From positions 962 to 64,961 of the forward strand of contig CANQMM010000001.1 in the NCBI GenBank assembly GCA_947624955.1: a DNA stretch of 64,000 nt, read 5' to 3'. This stretch comes from an uncultured Bacilli bacterium (GTDB taxonomy: Bacteria; Bacillota_I; Bacilli_A; RF39; UBA660). How positions within the stretch are numbered: position 1 is the stretch's first letter; the number at the start of each line of letters is the position of its first letter. The position numbers were made by a program, and so were the translations under genes. This document shows, piece after piece, positions 1 to 8,471 of this stretch. Below the pieces are notes generated by a model that saw nothing but the letters and a program-made list of their open reading frames with translations, was not told the origin of the DNA and did not search any database.

Positions 1-16
1 AAAAGGGGTTAACAAG

Positions 17-1225
17 ATGAGTAATAATAAAAAGAACAATTTATTCTCACAAATCCTCCATATGATATCCAATATCATTTCCTGGGTTTTATTAATCTTG
101 CTAGTTATTATTGCTGGTTTTTTATTATACTATTTTATAACTACCAATATATGTAAATCTAAAGGGGATACTTGTACTCCTAAAGTAACTTTATATACCA
201 TCGTTAGCCAGTCAATGGTTCCAACTATCAAAGTATATGATGTTATAGTTAATGTAACTCCAGAAACTAGTGACGAAATAGAAGTGGGGGATATTATTAC
301 CTTCCATTCTACTAGTAAGTTATATACGGAAAGAATTGTAACGCACCGCGTTATTGAAAAAAGAACTAATGAAGATGGTATTGTGGAATTTCGAACCCAA
401 GGGGATAATAATATAAGTCCTGATGATACCTTTGTCCCATATAGTAATATAATAGGTCGCGTAATCTTTAAAATTCCGCAATTAGGACGAATTCAATTTC
501 TTTTGACTAGTACCGGTGGATGGGTACTTATCATTATCATACCTGCTTTGTTTTTAGTCTTATTTGATGTTTTAAAACTTAAAAAGTTATTAACTGCTAA
601 AAATAAAGTAGCTACAGCATTAGAAGTTAAAGAAGATCAAAATATCCAAAGTCCGGAAGTTATTCTTGAACGCAAAGAACAATTGAAAAAGAAATTACTT
701 GATAGTGAAAACTTAAAATATCAAAAGGGCTATGGTGAACCAAGAGATTTTTATGAGTATCATCCTGAACGTTTAAAAGTGTTATATGAAACTCCTGAAT
801 ATCAAGGAGAAATGATATATAGTAATTTATCTGATGAAGAGATAGAAGCTAAGTTACAAGCAGCAGATTCCATTGAACAGGGCAATAATCCAATCGTTGA
901 AGAAACCCCTTCGTCTGAAGAAATCAATTATATTGAAGAACAATCAACATCCAATGCCAACCCTAACCTCGATGCTATCTTAAGTCGAATTAATGCATTA
1001 GAAACCCCAGTAGAAGAAGTCGAGTTACCTAAATTAATCTCTATTAAAGAAGAAGTAATTCCTGACGATATCGAATTACCAACAACTAATACTAAACAAC
1101 AAGTTGTAAATATCGAAGTTGCCAAAAAGAAAGATGGCAATGGACCACATAAAGTAGTAGGTCAAATAAAAAATAATAAACGTTCAAAAAACCGTAAAAA
1201 AAATAATCGGCGTAGAAAGCATTAA
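17..1225 (+). CDS. sipW: Signal peptidase I, SipW / archaeal-eukaryotic (S26B) type, with an unusual ~200-aa acidic C-terminal extension ending in a polybasic tail
   Basis: TM helix at res ~16-40; catalytic Ser motif SQSMVPT; His motif VTHRV (His in place of Lys, as in SipW/Sec11); second TM GGWVLIIIIPALFLVLF; extension res ~190-402 is Glu/Ile-rich and ends KNNKRSKNRKKNNRRRKH; purine-rich RBS before ATG at 17. Confidence 0.7.
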   Translation: MSNNKKNNLFSQILHMISNIISWVLLILLVIIAGFLLYYFITTNICKSKGDTCTPKVTLYTIVSQSMVPTIKVYDVIVNVTPETSDEIEVGDIITFHSTSKLYTERIVTHRVIEKRTNEDGIVEFRTQGDNNISPDDTFVPYSNIIGRVIFKIPQLGRIQFLLTSTGGWVLIIIIPALFLVLFDVLKLKKLLTAKNKVATALEVKEDQNIQSPEVILERKEQLKKKLLDSENLKYQKGYGEPRDFYEYHPERLKVLYETPEYQGEMIYSNLSDEEIEAKLQAADSIEQGNNPIVEETPSSEEINYIEEQSTSNANPNLDAILSRINALETPVEEVELPKLISIKEEVIPDDIELPTTNTKQQVVNIEVAKKKDGNGPHKVVGQIKNNKRSKNRKKNNRRRKH

Positions 1226-1298
1226 TTCAAATAATGCTTTCTTTTAAGTTATAAATATGCTAAAATGTAGTTAATATGAATAATAAGGATGTGAAATT

Positions 1299-3332
1299 AT
1301 GAATAATGATTCTAATAATGAAGAAATTTCACTAGAACAAACAGATAAAGAAATCAAAAAAACTAATCGTTCCTTAAGTCGTAAACAAATAGTTATGTTA
1401 GCAATTATCATAATTGTTATAATTATTTTGTTAATTAGTTGTACAGCTAAGAACTACTTTAAAACAGGTAATTTAAATATCGATTTAAATAATGATAATG
1501 TTTGTGATATAAACTGTGATACTGATAATGATAAAAGACCTGATGTCAACATTGATTTAGATGGAGATAATATTCCGGATTTAAATATTGATTATGGTCA
1601 CGATAATAAGCCTCATTTTAATATTGATACGGATAATGATGATATCCCTGATAAAAATCTTACTAATCAAGATTTAGATGGTGATGATATCTGCGATTTA
1701 AATTGTGATATTGATAATGATGGCTGGCCAGATATCAATATCGATATGGATGACAATGGTAAATGCGATATTAATTGTGATGATGGTACTAATGGCGGTC
1801 ATGCTAATGATAAAATCTGTGACCGTAATTGTGATGATGGCTCATTTAATGGCCAAGCATTTGATGGCGTCTGTGACCGCAACTGTGACGATGGCTCTAA
1901 CGGTGGCATTAAAGATGATAATAAGTGTGACCGTAATTGTGATGATGGTAGCTTCGGAGGAACCGCTGGCGATTATCTTTGCGACCGTAACTGTGATGAA
2001 GATAATAACGGCACTTGTGATAAAAACTGTGATGATGGCTCTAACGGTGGGAAACCAAATGATGGCATCTGCGATAGTGATTGTCAAAACCAAGTTTGTA
2101 TCAACTGCGACGATGGTAGCTTTGGTGGCAAACCAAATGACGGTATTTGTGATAAAAACTGTGACGATGGCAGCTTCGGTGGTGTAAAAGGTGATGGCAT
2201 CTGCGACCGTAACTGCGACGATGGTCGCTTCGGGGGTGCTCCTGATGATGGCAAATGTGATTACAATTGTGACGATGGCTCACTAGATGGAACCGCCGGT
2301 GACGGTACTTGCGATCGTAACTGTGATCTTAATCGCGATAATATATGTGAATTAAATTGTGACGATGGCCGCAATAACGGTAATGCTAGTGATGGTATTT
2401 GTGATTTTAACTGTGATAATGGGGCTTTTGGCGGAACCAAGAACGACGGTGTCTGCGATACCAATTGTGATGACGGTAGTTTCGGGGGAAATGCCAATGA
2501 TGGTGTTTGTGACCGCAACTGTGATAACGGGGCGAATGGCGGAAGACCAAATGACGGCATTTGCGATTACAACTGCGATGACGGAACTTTAGATGGTCAA
2601 GCTAATGATAATATTTGTGATCGTAACTGTGATGATGGTACAAACGGTGGCGTAGCAAATGATAATGTTTGTGACCGTAATTGTGACGATGGTAGTTATA
2701 CCGGCAAACCAAATGACGGTGTTTGCGACCGTAATTGTGACTCCGATAATGATGGTGTCTGTGATTATAACTGTGATGATGATAAAGATGGCTTATGTGA
2801 CCGTAATTGCGACACCAATGGTGACAATGTTTGTGACTTAAACTGTGATGATGACGGTGATAAAGTTTGTGACCGCAACTGTGATGATAACAAAGACGGT
2901 ATATGTGACCGCGAATGCGACGCTGATGCCGATATTGGAAAATTAAATATTGTCGACATTACTTCTGTAAATGCTCACGGCGTTATTCCTGGTTGGAAAG
3001 CAACTCAACAATTCACTGTTACTAATAGTGGTACGAAAACCCTACCTTTCCAATTAAGATGGGTCAATATTACTAATAATTTTGAACGTCCACAAGATTT
3101 AATCTATACGGTAACATCTACTCGCGATAACTTAAATACAATTCATTTCGAACGTAAACCATTACCAAGTACGGAAACTATTATTGTATCTGAACAAGTT
3201 ATTAAACCAGGAGAAACTATTACTTTTACAGTTGATTATGAATATATCTATTACCGTAATATCAATCAAAATATAGATCAAGGTAAGACTTTTAGAGGTA
3301 CAATTCAATTATTCCTAGAAGGTCAAAGATAA
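1299..3332 (+). CDS. Asp/Cys-rich tandem-repeat (thrombospondin type-3-like / EF-hand-like Ca-binding) cell-surface protein; N-terminal signal-anchor with lipobox-like LISC; C-terminal Ig-like domain
   Basis: RBS aaggatgtg before ATG; N-term charged region then TM IVMLAIIIIVIIILLISC; ~24 copies of a ~20-aa repeat CDRNCDDGS(F/N)GGxxxDGxCD; C-terminal ~130 aa with PGW..FTVTNSGT..L pattern typical of beta-sandwich surface domains; immediately downstream of sipW. Confidence 0.6.
   Translation: MNNDSNNEEISLEQTDKEIKKTNRSLSRKQIVMLAIIIIVIIILLISCTAKNYFKTGNLNIDLNNDNVCDINCDTDNDKRPDVNIDLDGDNIPDLNIDYGHDNKPHFNIDTDNDDIPDKNLTNQDLDGDDICDLNCDIDNDGWPDINIDMDDNGKCDINCDDGTNGGHANDKICDRNCDDGSFNGQAFDGVCDRNCDDGSNGGIKDDNKCDRNCDDGSFGGTAGDYLCDRNCDEDNNGTCDKNCDDGSNGGKPNDGICDSDCQNQVCINCDDGSFGGKPNDGICDKNCDDGSFGGVKGDGICDRNCDDGRFGGAPDDGKCDYNCDDGSLDGTAGDGTCDRNCDLNRDNICELNCDDGRNNGNASDGICDFNCDNGAFGGTKNDGVCDTNCDDGSFGGNANDGVCDRNCDNGANGGRPNDGICDYNCDDGTLDGQANDNICDRNCDDGTNGGVANDNVCDRNCDDGSYTGKPNDGVCDRNCDSDNDGVCDYNCDDDKDGLCDRNCDTNGDNVCDLNCDDDGDKVCDRNCDDNKDGICDRECDADADIGKLNIVDITSVNAHGVIPGWKATQQFTVTNSGTKTLPFQLRWVNITNNFERPQDLIYTVTSTRDNLNTIHFERKPLPSTETIIVSEQVIKPGETITFTVDYEYIYYRNINQNIDQGKTFRGTIQLFLEGQR
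1500..2935. repeat. Coding tandem repeat, ~60-nt period, ~24 units (inside CDS 1299..3332)
   Basis: Repeated tgtgaccgtaactgtgatgatggc... units seen directly in sequence; generates multiple shadow ORFs on both strands in the ORF track. Confidence 0.8.
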
Positions 3333-3373
3333 TAATTAAGTTTATTATCTTTTTTAATTTACCCAATAAAAAA

Positions 3374-3400
3374 AGCTAAATCATTATTTAGCCGTATTCT
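3374..3400. terminator. Bidirectional hairpin terminator (GCTAAAT-catt-ATTTAGC) flanked by A-run and T-run
   Basis: Perfect 7-bp inverted repeat with 4-nt loop; aaaaaa upstream and cgtattcttcttttt downstream; lies between convergent repeat-protein gene and a small minus-strand ORF. Confidence 0.4.
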
Positions 3401-3506
3401 TCTTTTTCTTTTGCATATTCTTATTAACAAGTTTAACTTTAACGCCTTTATATAATGCAAACTGTTTTTTTACTCCATCTGGTAAATTCTTTTTTAAAAC
3501 CTTCAT
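3384..3506 (-). CDS. Small basic protein (40 aa, MKVLKKNLPDGVKKQFALYKGVKVKLVNKNMQKKKKNTAK), hypothetical
   Basis: Not in ORF track (below length cutoff); strong RBS GAGGAGGTG 8 nt upstream of ATG; read from minus strand by eye; coordinates approximate. Confidence 0.3.
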   Translation of the reverse strand: MKVLKKNLPDGVKKQFALYKGVKVKLVNKNMQKKKKNTAK

Positions 3507-3640
3507 CGTTGCACCTCCTCATATATCGATTGAATTATATCACGAAAAGCAAAAAAGTGCTATATATAATTAATATATGTATTAAAATTCGTTAATTTCA
3601 AATAATGTTTAACGAGATTTGATTTGTAACAAAGGTGACC

Positions 3641-3669
3641 TTGTAAAAAATTCATTTTTATGTTATATT
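3641..3669 (+). promoter_or_regulatory. Sigma-A-like promoter: TTGTAA, 17-nt spacer, TATATT
   Basis: Hexamers and exact 17-nt spacing seen in sequence; drives a short structured transcript ending at the 3753..3788 terminator. Confidence 0.35.
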
Positions 3670-3675
3670 GAATAT

Positions 3676-3788
3676 GTCAAGGAAACTTGCATAAAATAAA
3701 AATGGAGCATTCAATATTTCCAACTGTTGAGTGCTATCAAATTAATGGTGAAACACCCTAATTCAGATGTTGAATTGGGTGTTTTTTT
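3676..3788 (+). ncRNA. Candidate small RNA or cis-regulatory leader (~110 nt) with internal stems and an intrinsic terminator
   Basis: Downstream of the promoter above. Local hairpin CAAG-GAAA-CTTG; long-range pairing ATATTGAAT / ATTCAATAT; ends in a 12-bp stem (ACACCC(T)AATTCA / TGAATTGGGTGT) plus TTTTTTT; no ORF of plausible size on this strand. Confidence 0.3.
3753..3788 (+). terminator. Strong intrinsic terminator (12-bp stem, 1-nt bulge, 5-nt loop, U7 tail)
   Basis: acaccctaattcagatgttgaattgggtgttttttt seen directly. Confidence 0.6.
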
Positions 3789-4051
3789 AGTTTAGTGTTA
3801 CGAAGAGTAACACAATAAGTAGAAAGATGATTATGAGCAAAGTTAAGACTTAAAAATCTTTCTTATTCATATCGCATCACCTCCAAATCTGTTTCAAGAT
3901 AAAGAGGTAACACCCAACATTATATTGAACATTCCATTAATTTTATATCTTATTTATGCAGCAATAACAAATTTTCTTTAATATTTGTGAATCTGTGTTA
4001 AATATAAAGAATTTTATTAAAAAATTTGATACAATAACATTGGTGGTATTA

Positions 4052-5248
4052 ATGCAAGTATTCGTTATTGGCGCTGGCCCTGCCGGGCTTTCTGCTGCAA
4101 TTAGTGCAGCTCGTAATCATCATACAGTAACTATAATTGAAAAGAATAATAAAATAGGTAAAAAACTATTACTTACCGGTAATGGCCATTGTAATTTTTA
4201 TAATGCTTATCAAGATATAACTTGTTATCATTCCCATAATCTTGAGATATTTTCTTCAATCTTAGATAAGCATAACTTAGTATTACCCTTTATTGAATCC
4301 TTAGGAATCGTCTATAAACAAATAAATGGCTATTACTATCCTTATTCTAACCAATCGACGAGTATTGTTAATGCTTTATACCAAACTGCCTTAAATCTAG
4401 GTATTATATTTAAATTAGAAGAAGAGGTCCTTACGATTACTAAACCCAATACTTTTATAATTACTACAACCCAAAATACTTATCAAGCGGATAAAGTTAT
4501 TCTAGCTTGTGGCTCGAAAGCTTATCCAAAGACGGGCTCTACAGGTCAAGGATATGAACTAGCCCAATCATTTGGTCATTCTCTAATAACGCCATTACCG
4601 GCCTTAGTCCAACTGCAAGGTCAAGATAATTTTTATAAAGACTGGGAAGGTATTCGTACCGATGCCATTCTTACTTTATTCGAAAATCAGCAAATGATTA
4701 AAAAAGAACAAGGGGAAATCCAATTGACTAATTATGGTATAAGTGGTATATGTACGATGAATTTAAGTGGCGATATTTCTAGAGGTCTTGCTGCTAACAA
4801 ACAAGAGATAATTAATATCAACTTTGTCCCTTGGTTAGCCACTTCTCAAGAATTGATTACTTATCTCGATTACAAAGAAAAAACCTTAAATTATAATTTA
4901 AGTGAATTATTAGAATGCTTTCTCAATTATAAATTAGTTAATCTTATTCTTAAATTGTGTCATCTTTCTAGAGATATTCGTTGGTCTTCGGCTCCTAAAG
5001 AAAAAATAACTAATTTATTGATGTCTTTCCCTTTTAAAGTAACAAATACTAATTCTTTTGACCAAGCCCAAGTTTGTAGTGGGGGTATCCCTTTAACAGA
5101 GATCAATATCGATACGATGGAATCCCAAATGGTAAGGGGATTATATTTAGTAGGGGAATTATTAGATGTCGATGGTATTTGCGGTGGTTATAATCTAACA
5201 TTTGCTTGGTTAAGTGGGTTAATCGCCGGAGGTAGTATCCATGATTAG
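4052..5248 (+). CDS. NAD(P)/FAD-dependent oxidoreductase, HI0933/BaiN (aminoacetone oxidase-like) family
   Basis: N-terminal dinucleotide fold VFVIGAGPAGLSAAISAA; TGNGHCNF motif characteristic of HI0933-like flavoproteins; start moved from track 3995 to ATG 4052 (GGTGG RBS, typical family N-terminus). Confidence 0.75.
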   Translation: MQVFVIGAGPAGLSAAISAARNHHTVTIIEKNNKIGKKLLLTGNGHCNFYNAYQDITCYHSHNLEIFSSILDKHNLVLPFIESLGIVYKQINGYYYPYSNQSTSIVNALYQTALNLGIIFKLEEEVLTITKPNTFIITTTQNTYQADKVILACGSKAYPKTGSTGQGYELAQSFGHSLITPLPALVQLQGQDNFYKDWEGIRTDAILTLFENQQMIKKEQGEIQLTNYGISGICTMNLSGDISRGLAANKQEIININFVPWLATSQELITYLDYKEKTLNYNLSELLECFLNYKLVNLILKLCHLSRDIRWSSAPKEKITNLLMSFPFKVTNTNSFDQAQVCSGGIPLTEINIDTMESQMVRGLYLVGELLDVDGICGGYNLTFAWLSGLIAGGSIHD

Positions 5249-6824
5249 AATAAGAGAAATTAAAATACCTGTTAGTAAACCCCAAGATATCCACCTAAAA
5301 AAAGTTATTATCCAAAAATTAAATATTTCTAATCAAGAATTAATTCACTATGTCATAAAACGGCAATCTATCGATGCCCGTCATAAACCGGATGTTTACT
5401 ACGTCTATGAAGTGGATGTCACTCTTAACAATGAAGAAAAAGTCTTATCTCGTATTAAAAGTCCCAATATCTTTCAAGCTCCTAATGAAGAATATATTCC
5501 TCCCCAAAAAGGAGAGACTCCAATGACACACTGCCCAATTATCGTTGGGAGTGGTCCGGCGGGATTATTTGCGGCTTATTTATTAAGCGAGATGGGTTAT
5601 CGTCCTTTAATTATCGAAAGAGGTAAACCAATTGCTGAAAGAATTAAGGATGTTGAAGACTTTTGGCAAAACAATAAACTTAATCCCGAAAGTAATGTCT
5701 CTTTCGGTGAAGGAGGTGCCGGTACTTTTTCCGATGGTAAATTGAACACTCTCGTTAAAGACTCTCGTTTTATCGGTAAAAAAGTCTTTGAAATCTTTGT
5801 TAAATATGGAGCTCCTGAAGAAATAATGTATTCTTCTCATCCCCATATTGGTACTGATGTTTTAAGAACTGTCATAGCGAATATTCGGGAAGCAATCATC
5901 CAAATGGGTGGTCAAATCCTTTACAATACCCAACTAACCAATATAATTTTAAATTATAATAAGTTAGAAGCTATAGAGGTAAATCATCAGGAGAAAATCC
6001 CTTGTGAAGCCTTAATATTAGCCACCGGTCATAGTGCTAGAGATACTTATGAAATGTTGAGTCAATATTTAAAATTAGAAAGCAAGCCCTTTGCGATTGG
6101 TTTACGGGTAATCCATTTACAACAAATGATTAATGAAAGTCAGTATGGTAGTGCTAGTAAATATCTCCCTAATGCTAGTTATAAACTAACTTATCAAACA
6201 TCCCAGGGTCGTGGCATCTATTCCTTTTGTATGTGTCCCGGCGGTTATGTAGTCAATGCCTCAAGTGAACCCAATCATTTAGTCGTTAATGGCATGAGTA
6301 ATTACTTGCGAGATACCAAAACTGCTAATAGTGCTATCATCGTTACTATCACTCCTAATGACTATGGTAATGAACCCTTATCCGGTATCGCTTACCAAAG
6401 AGAATTAGAATCTTTAACCTATAAACTCGGTAAAGGTAATATTCCTATCCAATTATGGCAAGATTTTCTTTTAAATAGAAAATCTACTTCTTTAGGAACT
6501 GTCCCACCAATCGTTAAAGGTAATTACACCCTAGCTAATATCCGGGAAATTCTTCCTAGTTTTATCACTGAAGCCCTACTTGAAGCTATGCCGGTCTTTA
6601 ATAAAAAAATTCACGGTTTTGCTAATCCCGACACCATTCTATGTGCTATTGAATCTCGGACCTCTTCACCTGTTAGAATACCTCGTAATGAAAACTACGA
6701 ATCGCAAATTCAAGGCATCTATCCCTGTGGCGAAGGCGCCGGCTACGCTGGTGGGATAACTACATCGGCCATTGATGGCATTAAAGTAGCCGAAAGTATC
6801 ATTAAGAAATATCGCCCATTTTAA
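5241..6824 (+). CDS. FAD-dependent protein, COG2509-type uncharacterized NAD(FAD) dehydrogenase
   Basis: MIRIxEIKIP N-terminus typical of family; second Rossmann motif IVGSGPAGLFAAYLL; GEGGAGTFSDGKL motif; ATGA overlap with upstream flavoprotein gene. Confidence 0.7.
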   Translation: MIRIREIKIPVSKPQDIHLKKVIIQKLNISNQELIHYVIKRQSIDARHKPDVYYVYEVDVTLNNEEKVLSRIKSPNIFQAPNEEYIPPQKGETPMTHCPIIVGSGPAGLFAAYLLSEMGYRPLIIERGKPIAERIKDVEDFWQNNKLNPESNVSFGEGGAGTFSDGKLNTLVKDSRFIGKKVFEIFVKYGAPEEIMYSSHPHIGTDVLRTVIANIREAIIQMGGQILYNTQLTNIILNYNKLEAIEVNHQEKIPCEALILATGHSARDTYEMLSQYLKLESKPFAIGLRVIHLQQMINESQYGSASKYLPNASYKLTYQTSQGRGIYSFCMCPGGYVVNASSEPNHLVVNGMSNYLRDTKTANSAIIVTITPNDYGNEPLSGIAYQRELESLTYKLGKGNIPIQLWQDFLLNRKSTSLGTVPPIVKGNYTLANIREILPSFITEALLEAMPVFNKKIHGFANPDTILCAIESRTSSPVRIPRNENYESQIQGIYPCGEGAGYAGGITTSAIDGIKVAESIIKKYRPF

Positions 6825-6827
6825 AAC

Positions 6828-7520
6828 TTAAATATGGTGATTATCCAGTACTAAGCTACATTTTCTTTTAGCCAGCTCCCTATCTCTTAAACTATAACGT
6901 ACTGCTTCCTTATCTTTAACTTTCTCAAAAGGGATAATTACTCGATCTAAAAATATCATTCCTGAAGAACTTCGGATAATTTCATAATTATCCGATTTAC
7001 AAATATTCATTTTGCTAAATTTTTTAGCACTCTTTTCATTTCTAAATAATAAAAATTTTCTTTTATCATCAAAATCGATGTTTTGATAAAGACTAATAAC
7101 ATCTCTACTAGTATCATATAAACTATCATCGGGGATATCAAAACCATATTTCTTTAACATATATAGTAAGAAAGGCTTTCTTTGTTTCTTATTAGTTCCT
7201 AAGAAATCTAACCCATTATCAAAGCAAAAATTAATCCACATGGCTACTAATAAATTCCCTATATTTAAATTGCGAAATTCATCTTCAATTCCTAAGCCAA
7301 TAAAGTGACTAGTCCTTTTTACGGTATCGACATAAAAATAAATAAACCCTTGTCTTACTAATTTTCCCTTCATCATCGTCAGGGCACTAATATAGAATTT
7401 AGGTAAACCTGAACCATCATCTAAAGCTTTTTTTAAATATAATACATGCCTAGAATTACCTGATTGATAATCTGTTGAATAAACTATATTTTGATCTTCT
7501 TTCAGCTTATCTAAAAACAT
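6828..7520 (-). CDS. Hypothetical protein, possibly GNAT-like acyltransferase fold
   Basis: Long ORF convergent with 5241..6824; weak RNLNIGNLLVAMWINF segment resembling GNAT motif A; no confident family assignment. Confidence 0.45.
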   Translation of the reverse strand: MFLDKLKEDQNIVYSTDYQSGNSRHVLYLKKALDDGSGLPKFYISALTMMKGKLVRQGFIYFYVDTVKRTSHFIGLGIEDEFRNLNIGNLLVAMWINFCFDNGLDFLGTNKKQRKPFLLYMLKKYGFDIPDDSLYDTSRDVISLYQNIDFDDKRKFLLFRNEKSAKKFSKMNICKSDNYEIIRSSSGMIFLDRVIIPFEKVKDKEAVRYSLRDRELAKRKCSLVLDNHHI

Positions 7521-7634
7521 CTAAATCCCTCCATTAAATTAAAAGCCAACTAAGAATAAATATTACTATAAAAAATAATAAAATTCAAGTAAATAAAATT
7601 ATGCTATAATTAAGTAAATTCAAGGAGTAATTAT

Positions 7635-8471
7635 ATGGAAAAATATCAAGAAATTGAAAGAAGTATCATTAAGAAATTTCGTAAAGATATCTGGCATAAC
7701 TTCGTTAAAGCGATTAATGATTATGAATTAATCCAAGATAATGATAAAATTATGGTCTGTATAAGTGGTGGCAAAGATTCTTTTCTACTCGCTAAATGTA
7801 TTCAGGAATTAATCCGTCACGGTAAAGTAAATTTTACCGCCCACTATGTTGTCATGAATCCCGGATATAATGAAACAAATAGAAAGCTTATTGAAGAGAA
7901 TGCTCGGATTTTAAATATTCCTATTACGATATTCGAATCCAATATTTTTGCATCAGTTGCCAATATCGATACCAATATGGCTTGCTATTTATGTGCCCGA
8001 ATGCGTAGGGGATATCTCTATAATAAAGCCCAAGAATTAGGATGTAATAAAATTGCTTTAGGTCATCACTTTAATGATGTCATTGAAACTACCCTGTTAT
8101 CAATGTTTTATGGCTCGGAGATTAAAACGATGATGCCAAAATTACATAGTGATAATTATCCCGGCTTAGAACTAATAAGGCCATTATACTTAGTCAAAGA
8201 AGATGCCATCATCGCTTGGCAAAAGCACAATGAATTAACTTTCCTAAACTGTGCTTGTCGCTTTACCGAAAATAATCAAACCTTACATATTAGTAAGAGA
8301 AGTGAAATTAAACAACTAATTAAAGATTTAAAAAAAGTTAATCCGGATATTGAATACAATATCTTTAAAGCTCTCGATAATATCAACCTCAATTGTGTAT
8401 TAGGTACCAAAAAAGACGGTAATTATCAAAGCTTTTTACAAGATTATTCTCAAGGAGGTCAAAATGAATAA
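7635..8471 (+). CDS. ttcA: PP-loop ATPase, tRNA 2-thiocytidine synthetase TtcA-like
   Basis: SGGKDS PP-loop motif; CYLCARMRRG and CAC cysteine motifs; ~280 aa; RBS aaggagt. Confidence 0.7.
   Translation: MEKYQEIERSIIKKFRKDIWHNFVKAINDYELIQDNDKIMVCISGGKDSFLLAKCIQELIRHGKVNFTAHYVVMNPGYNETNRKLIEENARILNIPITIFESNIFASVANIDTNMACYLCARMRRGYLYNKAQELGCNKIALGHHFNDVIETTLLSMFYGSEIKTMMPKLHSDNYPGLELIRPLYLVKEDAIIAWQKHNELTFLNCACRFTENNQTLHISKRSEIKQLIKDLKKVNPDIEYNIFKALDNINLNCVLGTKKDGNYQSFLQDYSQGGQNE

Noticed and set aside
928-1140. 70-aa minus-strand ORF inside sipW
   Set aside because: Antisense shadow ORF fully inside a well-supported CDS.
1705-2959. Seven track ORFs on both strands inside the repeat array (1705..2187+, 1842..2093-, 2101..2283-, 2261..2560-, 2359..2592+, 2659..2841+, 2765..2959-)
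   Set aside because: All lie within CDS 1299..3332 and are low-complexity translations of the 60-nt tandem repeat in alternative frames or antisense. None has an RBS or start context.
1299-3332. Repeats interpreted as dockerin type I modules
   Set aside because: Dockerins occur as a single duplicated 22-aa pair at a C-terminus, without the conserved Cys pairs. Here there are ~24 Cys-containing units forming the body of the protein, and no cellulosomal context.
3995-4051. Track start of the HI0933-family gene at 3995
   Set aside because: No RBS. The conserved dinucleotide-binding N-terminus begins at the internal ATG 4052, which has a GGTGG RBS, so the 5' extension is probably not translated.
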